A DNA stretch of 26,662 nucleotides from a virus. Lineage: Duplodnaviria > Caudoviricetes. A program made the position numbers and the translations under genes. A model generated the notes under the pieces. It had not been told where the DNA came from, ran no database searches, and saw only the letters and a list, made by a program, of their open reading frames with translations. The DNA lies in the IMG/VR virus record IMGVR_UViG_3300032304_001067, positions 1 through 26,662 of that record; one strand, written 5' to 3'. Shown here piece after piece: positions 1-7,808 of the stretch; the stretch's first letter is position 1; each line of letters opens with the position of its first letter.

Positions 1-456
1 CGCGTGTGGTCTTACAGGTAGACTCCACTTATGTGGTGGTAAGTTGTAGTCGTAATTTCTTGGTGGAAATGACTTAGTACTTTTATTGTCTGGAGGGGTA
101 TTACCAACCAGGTCGCTGTACTCTTTTAAAGCTGTATTCTCTAGAGTTTTGCCAAGAAGAGTTAGCCCAGCTCCAACAGCGAGTCCAGGTATTCCACCAA
201 TTTTTAGTATTCTAGCTCCTCGTTGTAGTCCAACACCTATTGCTTGACGGTTGAGGCCAGAGCCGACGACCGTGGAGGCTGCAACAAGTCCAGCAGCTGT
301 AGGTGCTGCTGATGAGGCAGCGCTTCCAGCAGTTGTTGAGACTACGCTAGCTGTAGCTAGATTGTTAATTCTTTTTAAGGCGTCAGCTTTCTTTACTGTC
401 TCTTTTTTTACAGCGCCTGTTTTTTTCTGTAAGGATGCTCGTCCTATATTATACAT
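1..456 (-). CDS. Tail/baseplate-proximal protein directly downstream of the tape measure gene (3'-truncated by window edge)
   Basis: Not in the ORF track. ATG at 454-456 overlaps the TMP stop (TAATG). Manual translation is open for 152 codons to the window edge: MYNIGRASLQKKTGAVKKE...IGGIPGLAVGAGLTLLG...NYDYNLPPHKWSLPVRPHA. Function inferred from position only. Confidence 0.75.
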   Translation of the reverse strand, partial: MYNIGRASLQKKTGAVKKETVKKADALKRINNLATASVVSTTAGSAASSAAPTAAGLVAASTVVGSGLNRQAIGVGLQRGARILKIGGIPGLAVGAGLTLLGKTLENTALKEYSDLVGNTPPDNKSTKSFPPRNYDYNLPPHKWSLPVRPHA

Positions 457-2732
457 TAGTTTTTAGCCGCCTTATCTAGAGTTTCTGAATTTGATAGAGC
501 CGCCTTTAGAGCTGCAATATTGTCTTGTGCGCTTCCTCCACCAGATAGGTTTACGGTAACACCGCCATAGTTATAGGTTGTCGACCCTACTTGAGATGTA
601 GTTTTTAATGCTGGGCTTGACATAGATGTAAAGCCTTTTAATAAATCTGACACTAAGTTTCTGTTACTTGACCCATCTTGAGTAAACAACTTAGACCAAC
701 TAAACTTGCCACTATCCTTGCCGTCACTCTTAGCTGAGGCAGAGGAGAAGGTAGACCTGTCTGAGCCACCATCACCTGATGAGTTGTTGTTACCAAGTAC
801 AGACTTAGTAGACCAAGAGCTCCAGTTATATCCCTTTTGAGACATGTGGTATGCAACACGTGCGTTAGTCTCTGCATCAAAAAGGTCGTTTACTGAATTT
901 AACTTAAATGACTTACCGCCTGCAGAATTCCAAGACTTATTTAGACGTTCGTCCATAAGGTCGCCAAGCATGTTAATTTGAAATAGGCCGTAGGATAGGT
1001 CTCCACCATGTGGGTTAAATGCGTATGGGCGTCCACCAGACTCAGCACCAGCAATCTTTAATGCGTTTGCTAAGCCCTGTCCTTCAAAGCCTGCTCTTTC
1101 CAATACCTTCTTCAGCTCATCTGGGCTTAGCTTAGTTCCGCTTGAGCCCTTAGGGCCTGTAAAGTTTCCATTGTGGTCGTGTCCTGGGTATGCGGCGCCA
1201 CCTTCATGTCGGAATGGGTGGTTCTTTAACTCATGGTTAGGAACAATAATTCCTGGCTGTTCAGGGACGAATAGCTCAGGACCCTGCTCACCTACAACGT
1301 AAGGCATCTTTCCACCAACAGGTCCGCCTTCTGCTTTAAACATTCCACCAAGCAAACCACCTAGCAATGGGCCAGCAGCAAAGTTAAATGCTCCAGATAA
1401 TATGGAGCCAAGACCGCTATTACCTAGTGTTCCCATACCGCTTTTAACGGCGCTTAGTCCAGAGAACAGCCCAGTAAATCTATCGATTACGTTCATGAAA
1501 CCTGTGAAGTAACTAAGCACGCGGTTTGCGTATGTAAAAGCGTCAGACATAGCAGGGGCTGCTTGTTGTAAAGTTCTAGTAGATTCTGTAATTCTTTGGC
1601 TTAAAGAGCTGACTGCAGGTGTAGTAGCACCATACTTTTCACCAAGTTTTTTAAGGTCTCTTCCAGCAAAAGATTGTCCACCACTTCGAGCTTTAAGTAT
1701 AAGACCATCTTCTACCTGCTTACGAAGTAGTGGGTCATTGCCAAAGTATTGGTCTAACATAGAAGCAAGAGCGTTACCAGGCTGTAAAGAGATAGTTACA
1801 TCTTGAACAGTGACGGGCTCATTGCCCATCTTTTCTCTCATCAACTTGTTCCAAATTTCATCAATAATCTGTGGCATAGGTTTCATAGAACCGTCTTCAC
1901 CACGGATACGGATACCAATACCACGAAGCATATTAACGTTACGACCCTGTTGTAGAGCGCCGTATGCTCTCATTGAGCCTTCAACACCAATACCAGGAGT
2001 AAGGTTAGACATCTGGGCTGCGCCAAGTGCTACGTTTGAAAAGTTAGGACCACCAATGCCAAGCTGTCTTGCAGCCTCCATTGCTTGTACAGTGTCAAAC
2101 TTACCTGTAGTAGTTCCCTCTCGACCCAACTGTTGCAACAAAGCGGTTGCTCTCGCGTAGTCGCTGTTAGGGTCTGGGTTACCTGGAATTAAATTAGAGA
2201 AAGGTCTAATTCTTCCACCAGGTTGATAAGATGCCTGCTGCTGGAAGAACACCATTCTTTGAGTAGCTAGTTCATATTCAACAGCTTCTTTTGCTGTAGG
2301 AAGTCTAGAGATGCCACCAACAGCGCCGCCCATTAAACCGCGTTGCATAGCAGGGGACATTCCGCCACCGCCACCGCCAGCGCCTGTCGGTGCGCCTGTG
2401 TAGTATGTAGGTAGAGGACGATAAGGTTCTATACCAGGAGCATTAAACAGTCTGTTATGCCCAGACTGTTCGTACATGTAACCCTGCGTTGTGTCACCTA
2501 GGGTTGTTACATTAAATACTGGTACAGGAGCAACAAGGTTATTACCAGGCTGTCCATAGCCACCGCCACGACCACCTAGGCGTCCCATCGCTCCACCGAG
2601 TAGGTTTGACCAACCTCCCGTGTCTTGCTTTAGGAGGTTCATCTCCTGTCGCAGTGAGGACAGGCCAGTTCTTAGGGATGAGATAAACGCGGCAGCGTTA
2701 GAGCTGCCCATGTTAAGGTCTTCTCTTGCCAT
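456..2732 (-). CDS. Tape measure protein with C-terminal lytic transglycosylase (SLT/lysozyme-like) domain
   Basis: Follows tube and chaperone genes; Gly/Ala-rich helical body; TMP-type motif AEGGPV...YVVGEQGPELFVP; then SLT-like motifs AESGG (catalytic Glu), YGLFQIN, NARVA. ATG at 2730-2732 preferred over GTG 2733-2735 because GAGG lies 6 nt upstream of it. Confidence 0.85.
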   Translation of the reverse strand: MAREDLNMGSSNAAAFISSLRTGLSSLRQEMNLLKQDTGGWSNLLGGAMGRLGGRGGGYGQPGNNLVAPVPVFNVTTLGDTTQGYMYEQSGHNRLFNAPGIEPYRPLPTYYTGAPTGAGGGGGGMSPAMQRGLMGGAVGGISRLPTAKEAVEYELATQRMVFFQQQASYQPGGRIRPFSNLIPGNPDPNSDYARATALLQQLGREGTTTGKFDTVQAMEAARQLGIGGPNFSNVALGAAQMSNLTPGIGVEGSMRAYGALQQGRNVNMLRGIGIRIRGEDGSMKPMPQIIDEIWNKLMREKMGNEPVTVQDVTISLQPGNALASMLDQYFGNDPLLRKQVEDGLILKARSGGQSFAGRDLKKLGEKYGATTPAVSSLSQRITESTRTLQQAAPAMSDAFTYANRVLSYFTGFMNVIDRFTGLFSGLSAVKSGMGTLGNSGLGSILSGAFNFAAGPLLGGLLGGMFKAEGGPVGGKMPYVVGEQGPELFVPEQPGIIVPNHELKNHPFRHEGGAAYPGHDHNGNFTGPKGSSGTKLSPDELKKVLERAGFEGQGLANALKIAGAESGGRPYAFNPHGGDLSYGLFQINMLGDLMDERLNKSWNSAGGKSFKLNSVNDLFDAETNARVAYHMSQKGYNWSSWSTKSVLGNNNSSGDGGSDRSTFSSASAKSDGKDSGKFSWSKLFTQDGSSNRNLVSDLLKGFTSMSSPALKTTSQVGSTTYNYGGVTVNLSGGGSAQDNIAALKAALSNSETLDKAAKN

Positions 2733-2734
2733 CA

Positions 2735-2893
2735 CTATCCTCTAGGTTGATATCGTTGGGAACGTTCTAACCAGTTCTGTCTTTCACGAACTGATAAGGC
2801 GCGTATGTCTGCGAGTGTCCAACCAATAAAAGCTCTTGTTAGAACTTCATACTGGTCAAGTAGCTCTTCGTAATCTGGTTCGCTATATACGAA
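2735..2893 (-). CDS. Frameshift-extension segment of tail assembly chaperone (gpGT-like), +1 frame
   Basis: 52-codon open frame FVYSEPDYEELLDQYEVLTRAFIGWTLADIRALSVRERQNWLERSQRYQPRG* filling the chaperone-TMP gap, with no ATG/GTG/TTG; resembles the W-T-L-x-x-I-x-x-L-x-x-R-E-R-x-x-W second chaperone module of myophages. Confidence 0.75.
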   Translation of the reverse strand, partial: FVYSEPDYEELLDQYEVLTRAFIGWTLADIRALSVRERQNWLERSQRYQPRG

Positions 2894-3677
2894 ACAAATC
2901 TAGCAAGCTAAGCGGTAGAGAAATATCTTCACCGCATGCCTTGCAAGCTTTCTTCACCTCCCCAAGGCGAGGGCCTGGGTTGCGCTTAATAATCTCGTCG
3001 ATTACGCGGGTGCGGTCTGCCATACCAAGGGATAGTGCAGTACCAGCTCCAACAGATGGTTCACCGTTTATTGAAACAATACATCCAGATAGTAAGAGTG
3101 TATTAATCTCAGCTGATGTTTTGTCGTAGTTTTCCATCAGCCTTTTTTGTGTTATTCCGTTTGGAAGAGCCACAGTTACTTGACCTTGTTTAGTATCCAT
3201 AACCCATACGCGGTCTCCCACTGGGTCTTTCAATCTAACAACAGGTACATCTTCTGTTAAGTCAATTGTTGTCTCATGCTCGTCTTGGCAAGAGAAACAC
3301 TTAACCATTAGGTTAGATGTCTGTCCAAATGTAACTCTTCTAATACCTAGAAGAATTGCGTCACGGTCTCCCGATAGCAGCATATCTAGGTCGTCGGCTG
3401 TGGCTTCCTTGTCTCCAAGTTTAACCAAGCCTCTGGCTAGTAGAACGTTAAGAGCTTTACCTGAAGAACCTGATTTAGCTACAGCTTCTTCATCTGCCCC
3501 TGTTAGTTCCCTAACCTCTGCCGAAGTGTGAAGTTCACCCTTAAGGTCAACAAAACCACCAGGCAGTTCTACCTCAGACTCAGAAGGCGCCCGCGTCTTA
3601 ATCTTAGGCGCGGGCTCCTCTGAAATCTTTTCAGCAAACTGTTGTAGTAATTGTGCATCGGTAATAATGTCTGACAT
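2883..3677 (-). CDS. Tail assembly chaperone (two CxxC motifs; T4 gp26-like / contractile tail chaperone)
   Basis: 264 aa between tube and TMP; VRELTGADEE, LLSGDRDAILLGIRRVTFG, CFSC and CKAC motifs; SD AGGAG upstream. Confidence 0.8.
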   Translation of the reverse strand: MSDIITDAQLLQQFAEKISEEPAPKIKTRAPSESEVELPGGFVDLKGELHTSAEVRELTGADEEAVAKSGSSGKALNVLLARGLVKLGDKEATADDLDMLLSGDRDAILLGIRRVTFGQTSNLMVKCFSCQDEHETTIDLTEDVPVVRLKDPVGDRVWVMDTKQGQVTVALPNGITQKRLMENYDKTSAEINTLLLSGCIVSINGEPSVGAGTALSLGMADRTRVIDEIIKRNPGPRLGEVKKACKACGEDISLPLSLLDLFRI

Positions 3678-3698
3678 TTTATACTCCTATTGGTCGGT

Positions 3699-4364
3699 TT
3701 AAAGCTTTCCAGTATCCTTACGAATGTACTTGTCATCAGTAAAGAACACTGACAAACCTTCGTGAACTAGCGACATTGACTCGTAAAGAATCGCTCCGTC
3801 AGCAGCATTTAGGTCTGTATAGTTTAGCGTAGTAATCCAAGCATTATGAATCTTGAATCCCATACGTGGGGTGTTGTCATTTACAGTAGTAGTTGCTGAG
3901 TTTGTAGCGGTGTTTGGGTGGTCCATTACGTAGACGTTAATGTCTACACGGAAGTTCTTGTCTACTCCACCTTGACGCATTGCGATACCTTCACCTGAAG
4001 CTGTAGCAAACAGTCCACGCATCCAGGTAATAGCCTGGTCGTTTCCGTAAAGGACACCACGCTGCATAGTAATTGGTGAAAAAGTAGTCATACCAGGCAC
4101 CTGGTGTACGGTGGTGTTGTAGCCACCTTCACGGTACTGGATTGACTGTGTGTTAATGCTTAGACCAGAGATTTGTGAGAAACCACCAATCCAGCTATTT
4201 GAGACACCAGAGGTTGCTGGTTCTGCGCTTGAGCCAGTTAGGATTTTATCAGTGAACGGTGCGCCACCTTGAGCGGGCGTAAACTGTGCATAAAATCGGA
4301 ACGAGCGTAGTGGGTCAGTCGCTAACTTTGAGAAGCGATTGATGATACTTGAAGGGGTTGTCAT
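3699..4364 (-). CDS. Tail tube protein (T4 gp19-like family)
   Basis: DPLRSFRF, GGFSQISGL, IQYREGG, PGMTTFSPITMQRG, NAW, ESMSLVHEG motifs; directly after sheath; SD AAGGAG. Confidence 0.92.
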   Translation of the reverse strand: MTTPSSIINRFSKLATDPLRSFRFYAQFTPAQGGAPFTDKILTGSSAEPATSGVSNSWIGGFSQISGLSINTQSIQYREGGYNTTVHQVPGMTTFSPITMQRGVLYGNDQAITWMRGLFATASGEGIAMRQGGVDKNFRVDINVYVMDHPNTATNSATTTVNDNTPRMGFKIHNAWITTLNYTDLNAADGAILYESMSLVHEGLSVFFTDDKYIRKDTGKL

Positions 4365-4379
4365 TTATTTGGCTCTCCT

Positions 4380-5882
4380 TTACGCAACAGTAACGGTGGT
4401 TCCACCGTCAAACTGGCCAATTTTGATGATTACGAATTCAGCTGGACGCTGTAGAGCAACGCCAACTTCAATGTTTACTTGGCCTTGGTCGATTAGGTAC
4501 TGAGGGTTATTCTCAGCATCGACCTTGACAAAGAATGCCTGGCCAGGAGTAGCGCCACGTAGGCCGCCCTGTGACCAGAACTGTGTGAGGAATGAAGATA
4601 CTGTTGCATCTAGACGACGCCATAGTCCTTCGTTGTTTGGCTCAAAGATTGCAAACTGTGTAAGGTCAGTAAGAGACTTACGTAAGTAGATAAGGGAACG
4701 ACGTACTGGTACGTACTTATCGATATAACCTGCCTTAAGAGTTCTTGCTCCCATTACAACATAGCCTGAGCCTGGGATGAAGCGAATAGCGTTTACAGGG
4801 GCTGCTGCTGAGTTAAGAGCGTCAAGGTTTGCATTTGTAAGCTGACGTGTAGAAACCACACCAGCAAGACGAGCTTGCAAACCAGCAGGTGCCTTGTAAA
4901 CTCCACGTGAAGCATCGGTTGAAGAAATCAAACCAGCTACAGCTGCTCCAGCACCAACAGTTAAAGTTCTACCAGTGGTAGCGCCTAGTGCGACAGTTGG
5001 GTCTGCAATAGTTAGAGGTGGATAGTAAACAGCGGCTAGAGAGCTTGCTGTGTATTGAGCAGAACGAGTTAGCTGGTCTGCTGGAGTGTTGTCAATTCCA
5101 TCAACCACTACGAATACGTCATCGCGTGATTCAGCATAGCTAATTGCAGCGTTTACAACGTTTGCAGCTGTCTGGCCTGGCAAGTTAAGAACCAAAGACT
5201 GGAGTACTGTATCAAATGCTGCAAGTCCTGTTGAGTACTCGGTAACTGAAACAGCGTTTCCAACTGTTCCGCCAGCAAGTGTCTGGTTAACAACAACAGC
5301 TGGGTTTCTTGTAGTTCCAGTGTTTGCAGAGTTTAGGTCTGTCAATGTTACGTAGTTAGATGAAACATTAACAACGTTTAGTGCATAGCGTGCATCAGCA
5401 ACTGTCATAGAAAGCTGAGTAAAGGTTTCTACAACGTTAGAGTCTGTTGTACCACCACTGTAAACAACGAGGTCAAAGTATCCAGTCTCAACAGAGTTAG
5501 AGATAGAGATGTTTAAATCGTTACCCCAACGACCAGGATTCTTAGCAGCTACTTGAAGAGTTGCTGAAGCGCTAACAGCTCGGTCATTAAGTGAGCGTGT
5601 AGCTAGGCCTGGAGCTGCTGCAATACGTGTTACGTAAAGCTGGCTTCCGCCGTTTGAGAAGAACATATAAACTGCAAGTGGTACAGAGTTATTAGTGTAA
5701 GAGTTCCAAGAACCAAACTGTGTTACATACTGGTTCCAAGAGGTTACAAGTGTAGGCGTGTTAATTGGGCCGCGGTCGTCTTCACCAACAAAAGCTGTAA
5801 TAAACTCTGAGTTGGTGCCAGCGATTGGCTGTACAGGGTTTAACGTTTCTTGAACGTATACCCCAGGGCGTTGAAAGGTCAT
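4380..5882 (-). CDS. Contractile tail sheath protein
   Basis: RPGVYVQE N-terminus, KAPAG, GARTL, YVPVRR, FEPN..LW, AFFVKVD, RPAEFVIIKI C-terminus; SD AAGGAG. Confidence 0.96.
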   Translation of the reverse strand: MTFQRPGVYVQETLNPVQPIAGTNSEFITAFVGEDDRGPINTPTLVTSWNQYVTQFGSWNSYTNNSVPLAVYMFFSNGGSQLYVTRIAAAPGLATRSLNDRAVSASATLQVAAKNPGRWGNDLNISISNSVETGYFDLVVYSGGTTDSNVVETFTQLSMTVADARYALNVVNVSSNYVTLTDLNSANTGTTRNPAVVVNQTLAGGTVGNAVSVTEYSTGLAAFDTVLQSLVLNLPGQTAANVVNAAISYAESRDDVFVVVDGIDNTPADQLTRSAQYTASSLAAVYYPPLTIADPTVALGATTGRTLTVGAGAAVAGLISSTDASRGVYKAPAGLQARLAGVVSTRQLTNANLDALNSAAAPVNAIRFIPGSGYVVMGARTLKAGYIDKYVPVRRSLIYLRKSLTDLTQFAIFEPNNEGLWRRLDATVSSFLTQFWSQGGLRGATPGQAFFVKVDAENNPQYLIDQGQVNIEVGVALQRPAEFVIIKIGQFDGGTTVTVA

Positions 5883-5903
5883 TTAAATTATCTCCTTAGA
5901 TAG

Positions 5904-5909
5904 ATTGTA
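5904..5909 (-). promoter_or_regulatory. Candidate -10 element (TACAAT) upstream of sheath gene
   Basis: Minus strand TACAAT-ctatct-AAGGAG-ataatttaa-ATG in the intergenic gap; no well-spaced -35. Confidence 0.35.
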
Positions 5910-5924
5910 CGTGGTTTCCGTTTA

Positions 5925-6593
5925 TTACAAGATTTCGTAGACCGAAGGGATAGACGTCTGGTTGTTTACTGGAAGGTTAATAGTGACACTAGTAACTGCA
6001 GTCAATGCTTCGGCCGCTGTTGCTGGTGTCATTTCACTAACCACCCTTAATGTAAAGACGTTACGTAGGAGGCGTCGGTTTCCACTTTCCGCATCCTCAA
6101 ACGTATCTCGCTTTGCATATCCATCTACGAACATAGACCGCTTGCTGTACTGAGTTCCTAACTCATTACTTACAGGCAGCACGCCGTACTTAGATGGAAA
6201 CTTATTCCACATTTGAAACAGGATAGCCCTGTCATGTCGTGGGTGTCTTGCATAGGTTGTAAGCTGATAAATAAGGTCGTAAGCAATCGGGTAGTCATAC
6301 TCGTAAACTAAACCTGGCACAGATGGGATAGTTCCACGGTAGTCTCCATCGTGTAACTTTCCTTGCACCTGACGGTCATTAGCTGGAACAACATCAATCA
6401 AATCTATTGTTACAAAAGGGAACTCTTGTGCGCGAGCTTCAACGTCTGGATACCCGAACCAGACCTTTACTGGTCTAGTCTTAATTGTTTCAGTAGGACC
6501 GTTGTTTGCAGCGGACTTCTCATCAGCAACCACCATACCTTGTAGGTAGTTCTTAATTGCCTCATCTTCCGCAATAATAAATGGGCTACCCAT
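5925..6593 (-). CDS. Tail completion/terminator-like protein
   Basis: Directly upstream of sheath; FPFVTIDLID and YDLIYQLTTYAR motifs typical of tail terminators. Start reassigned to ATG 6591-6593 (MGSPFII), preceded by GAGGTG. Confidence 0.65.
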   Translation of the reverse strand: MGSPFIIAEDEAIKNYLQGMVVADEKSAANNGPTETIKTRPVKVWFGYPDVEARAQEFPFVTIDLIDVVPANDRQVQGKLHDGDYRGTIPSVPGLVYEYDYPIAYDLIYQLTTYARHPRHDRAILFQMWNKFPSKYGVLPVSNELGTQYSKRSMFVDGYAKRDTFEDAESGNRRLLRNVFTLRVVSEMTPATAAEALTAVTSVTINLPVNNQTSIPSVYEIL

Positions 6594-6906
6594 GGAACAC
6601 CTCGTCTTCCATAACCATACGGTCAAGTAGCTCGTTGTCTATGATTTCATCCATAAAACCATGTAGGCGGTAATTCAAGCCGCGCATAACAGAGGTTGGG
6701 GCGGACTTATTAGGCTCACCGTACTCTAGGTCCCATGCTTTATCAGGGACGTTGTAGTTTAAATTAGAACCGTCAAAGTTAACTGACATCTGGGGGATTA
6801 CATCAGCTGGCCAGCCAGCAGCCACTGCACGCTCACGAAGAGCTGCAGTCATTTCTAATGAGCCCTCGGAGGCCTTAGCCTCTACGAGATTTTCTACGTT
6901 TAGCAA
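6586..6906 (-). CDS. Neck/tail-completion protein (HK97 gp10-like, LEYG motif)
   Basis: 106 aa, TTG start with GGGAG SD; WDLEYG motif; typical position before the tail terminator. Confidence 0.55.
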   Translation of the reverse strand: MLNVENLVEAKASEGSLEMTAALRERAVAAGWPADVIPQMSVNFDGSNLNYNVPDKAWDLEYGEPNKSAPTSVMRGLNYRLHGFMDEIIDNELLDRMVMEDEVFHG

Positions 6907-7036
6907 CGTGTCTCCCCAGTAGTACGTTTGCGACAGTCAAAGCTCCTAAAGCTGCAGTGACAGCATTACCAGGAATGGCCTTATTAATCTCGCGTCTGAA
7001 GTCTGTGTCAGATGCTGATGATACTTTTTTAGGCAT
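6875..7036 (-). CDS. Small hypothetical protein with hydrophobic segment and basic C-tail
   Basis: MPKKVSSASDTDFRREINKAIPGNAVTAALGALTVANVLLGRHVAKRRKSRRG (53 aa); AGGA upstream; alternative ATG at 7040-7042. The track's longer version crosses a terminator and another gene. Confidence 0.55.
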   Translation of the reverse strand: MPKKVSSASDTDFRREINKAIPGNAVTAALGALTVANVLLGRHVAKRRKSRRG

Positions 7037-7107
7037 GTCCATCCTAGATTTCGCAAGGTACAACGCAGGGGTGAAGCTTTGAATCCCGCATGGATTCACT
7101 ATAAGGA

Positions 7108-7135
7108 TAAAGCAAAGGGGCCCTTTTGGGCCCCT
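7108..7135 (-). terminator. Rho-independent terminator after microprotein cluster
   Basis: Minus strand AGGGGCCC-AAAA-GGGCCCCT followed by TTGCTTTA, just after the stop at 7143. Confidence 0.75.
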
Positions 7136-7142
7136 AAGCGTC

Positions 7143-7343
7143 TTACTTCTTTTTAATCTTCTTAATGATTTTGGCGTCAATCTTCTTATCTTCAGCCATT
7201 GTCTTTGGCTTCTTCTTAGCTCCGTGAGCTTTGTCAGCCTTCTCAAACTTAGCCTTCTGAGCGGGGGTCATACCCTTGGTCATCTTGGCATCTTTCTTTT
7301 TATCCTTGGCCTCTGTGTACTTGCCGAAGTTAAAGGTAGCCAT
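7143..7343 (-). CDS. Lys-rich microprotein A (66 aa)
   Basis: MATFNFGKYTEAKDKKKDAKMTKGMTPAQKAKFEKADKAH...IIKKIKKK; TAATG-coupled to upstream ORF and followed by a terminator. Confidence 0.85.
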   Translation of the reverse strand: MATFNFGKYTEAKDKKKDAKMTKGMTPAQKAKFEKADKAHGAKKKPKTMAEDKKIDAKIIKKIKKK

Positions 7344-7483
7344 TACATGCCTTTCTTTCTAGGCATAGCTGCCTTCTTAGCCTTAGATGGAGCAGCCTTC
7401 TTAGCAAACTTCTTGTTAGCAGCAGCTAAAGTCTTCATACCATGCTTGTCTTTTGGCTTACCGCAGCCACAGGTGGCGCACAT
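7343..7483 (-). CDS. Lys/Ala-rich microprotein B with CxxCxC N-terminus (46 aa)
   Basis: Manual translation MCATCGCGKPKDKHGMKTLAAANKKFAKKAAPSKAKKAAMPRKKGM*; TAATG overlaps at both ends. Confidence 0.85.
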   Translation of the reverse strand: MCATCGCGKPKDKHGMKTLAAANKKFAKKAAPSKAKKAAMPRKKGM

Positions 7484-7659
7484 TACTTCTTCTTCTTTCG
7501 TAGGGCAGCGAAGTCTGAACCTTCTAGCTTGCCGTCTTTATCAACATCAAGTTTCTTCTGCTTTGGAGACATGCCCTTTGGAGCCGCCTTTTTTGCAGTC
7601 TTCTTGCAGGCACCCTTACAGTTTGGCTTTGAACAGCCACATCCACATGACTTACACAT
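7483..7659 (-). CDS. Microprotein C: Cys-rich metallothionein-like N-terminus plus EF-hand-like loop, Lys-rich (58 aa)
   Basis: Manual translation MCKSCGCGCSKPNCKGACKKTAKKAAPKGMSPKQKKLDVDKDGKLEGSDFAALRKKKK*; TAATG overlaps at both ends. Confidence 0.85.
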   Translation of the reverse strand: MCKSCGCGCSKPNCKGACKKTAKKAAPKGMSPKQKKLDVDKDGKLEGSDFAALRKKKK

Positions 7660-7808
7660 TATTTTTTACCAGCTTTCTTTGTAGTAGGTTTTGCAACTTT
7701 CTTCTTGCCAGAGCCTGCGGGTACGCAGTTCGGAACCTTCTTGCCACCCTTCATCTTCATGCCTACTTGAACGTAGCCATCCCAACAAGGGTTCGTATCT
7801 TTAGCCAT
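7659..7808 (-). CDS. Microprotein D with CWxGY...VPNCV motif, Lys-rich tail (49 aa)
   Basis: Manual translation MAKDTNPCWDGYVQVGMKMKGGKKVPNCVPAGSGKKKVAKPTTKKAGKK*; TAATG overlaps at both ends. Confidence 0.85.
   Translation of the reverse strand: MAKDTNPCWDGYVQVGMKMKGGKKVPNCVPAGSGKKKVAKPTTKKAGKK

Noticed and set aside
2860-2885. TAG readthrough, -1 frameshift or genome-wide stop recoding at the chaperone end
   Set aside because: The 0 and -1 frames stop soon afterwards, and TAA, TAG and TGA all terminate intact genes elsewhere in the window.
456-5882. Stand-alone eCIS or tailocin locus
   Set aside because: Portal, scaffold and capsid genes are in the same gene cluster, so this is a phage.
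7044-7097. 15-codon leader ORF (MRDSKLHPCVVPCEI) and GAATCC/GGATTC hairpin after the TATAGT hexamer
   Set aside because: Too short to distinguish from chance without conservation data.
7043-7246. N-terminal extension of track ORF 6875-7246
   Set aside because: Overlaps microprotein A in another frame and runs through a terminator; real start is likely 7036 or 7042.
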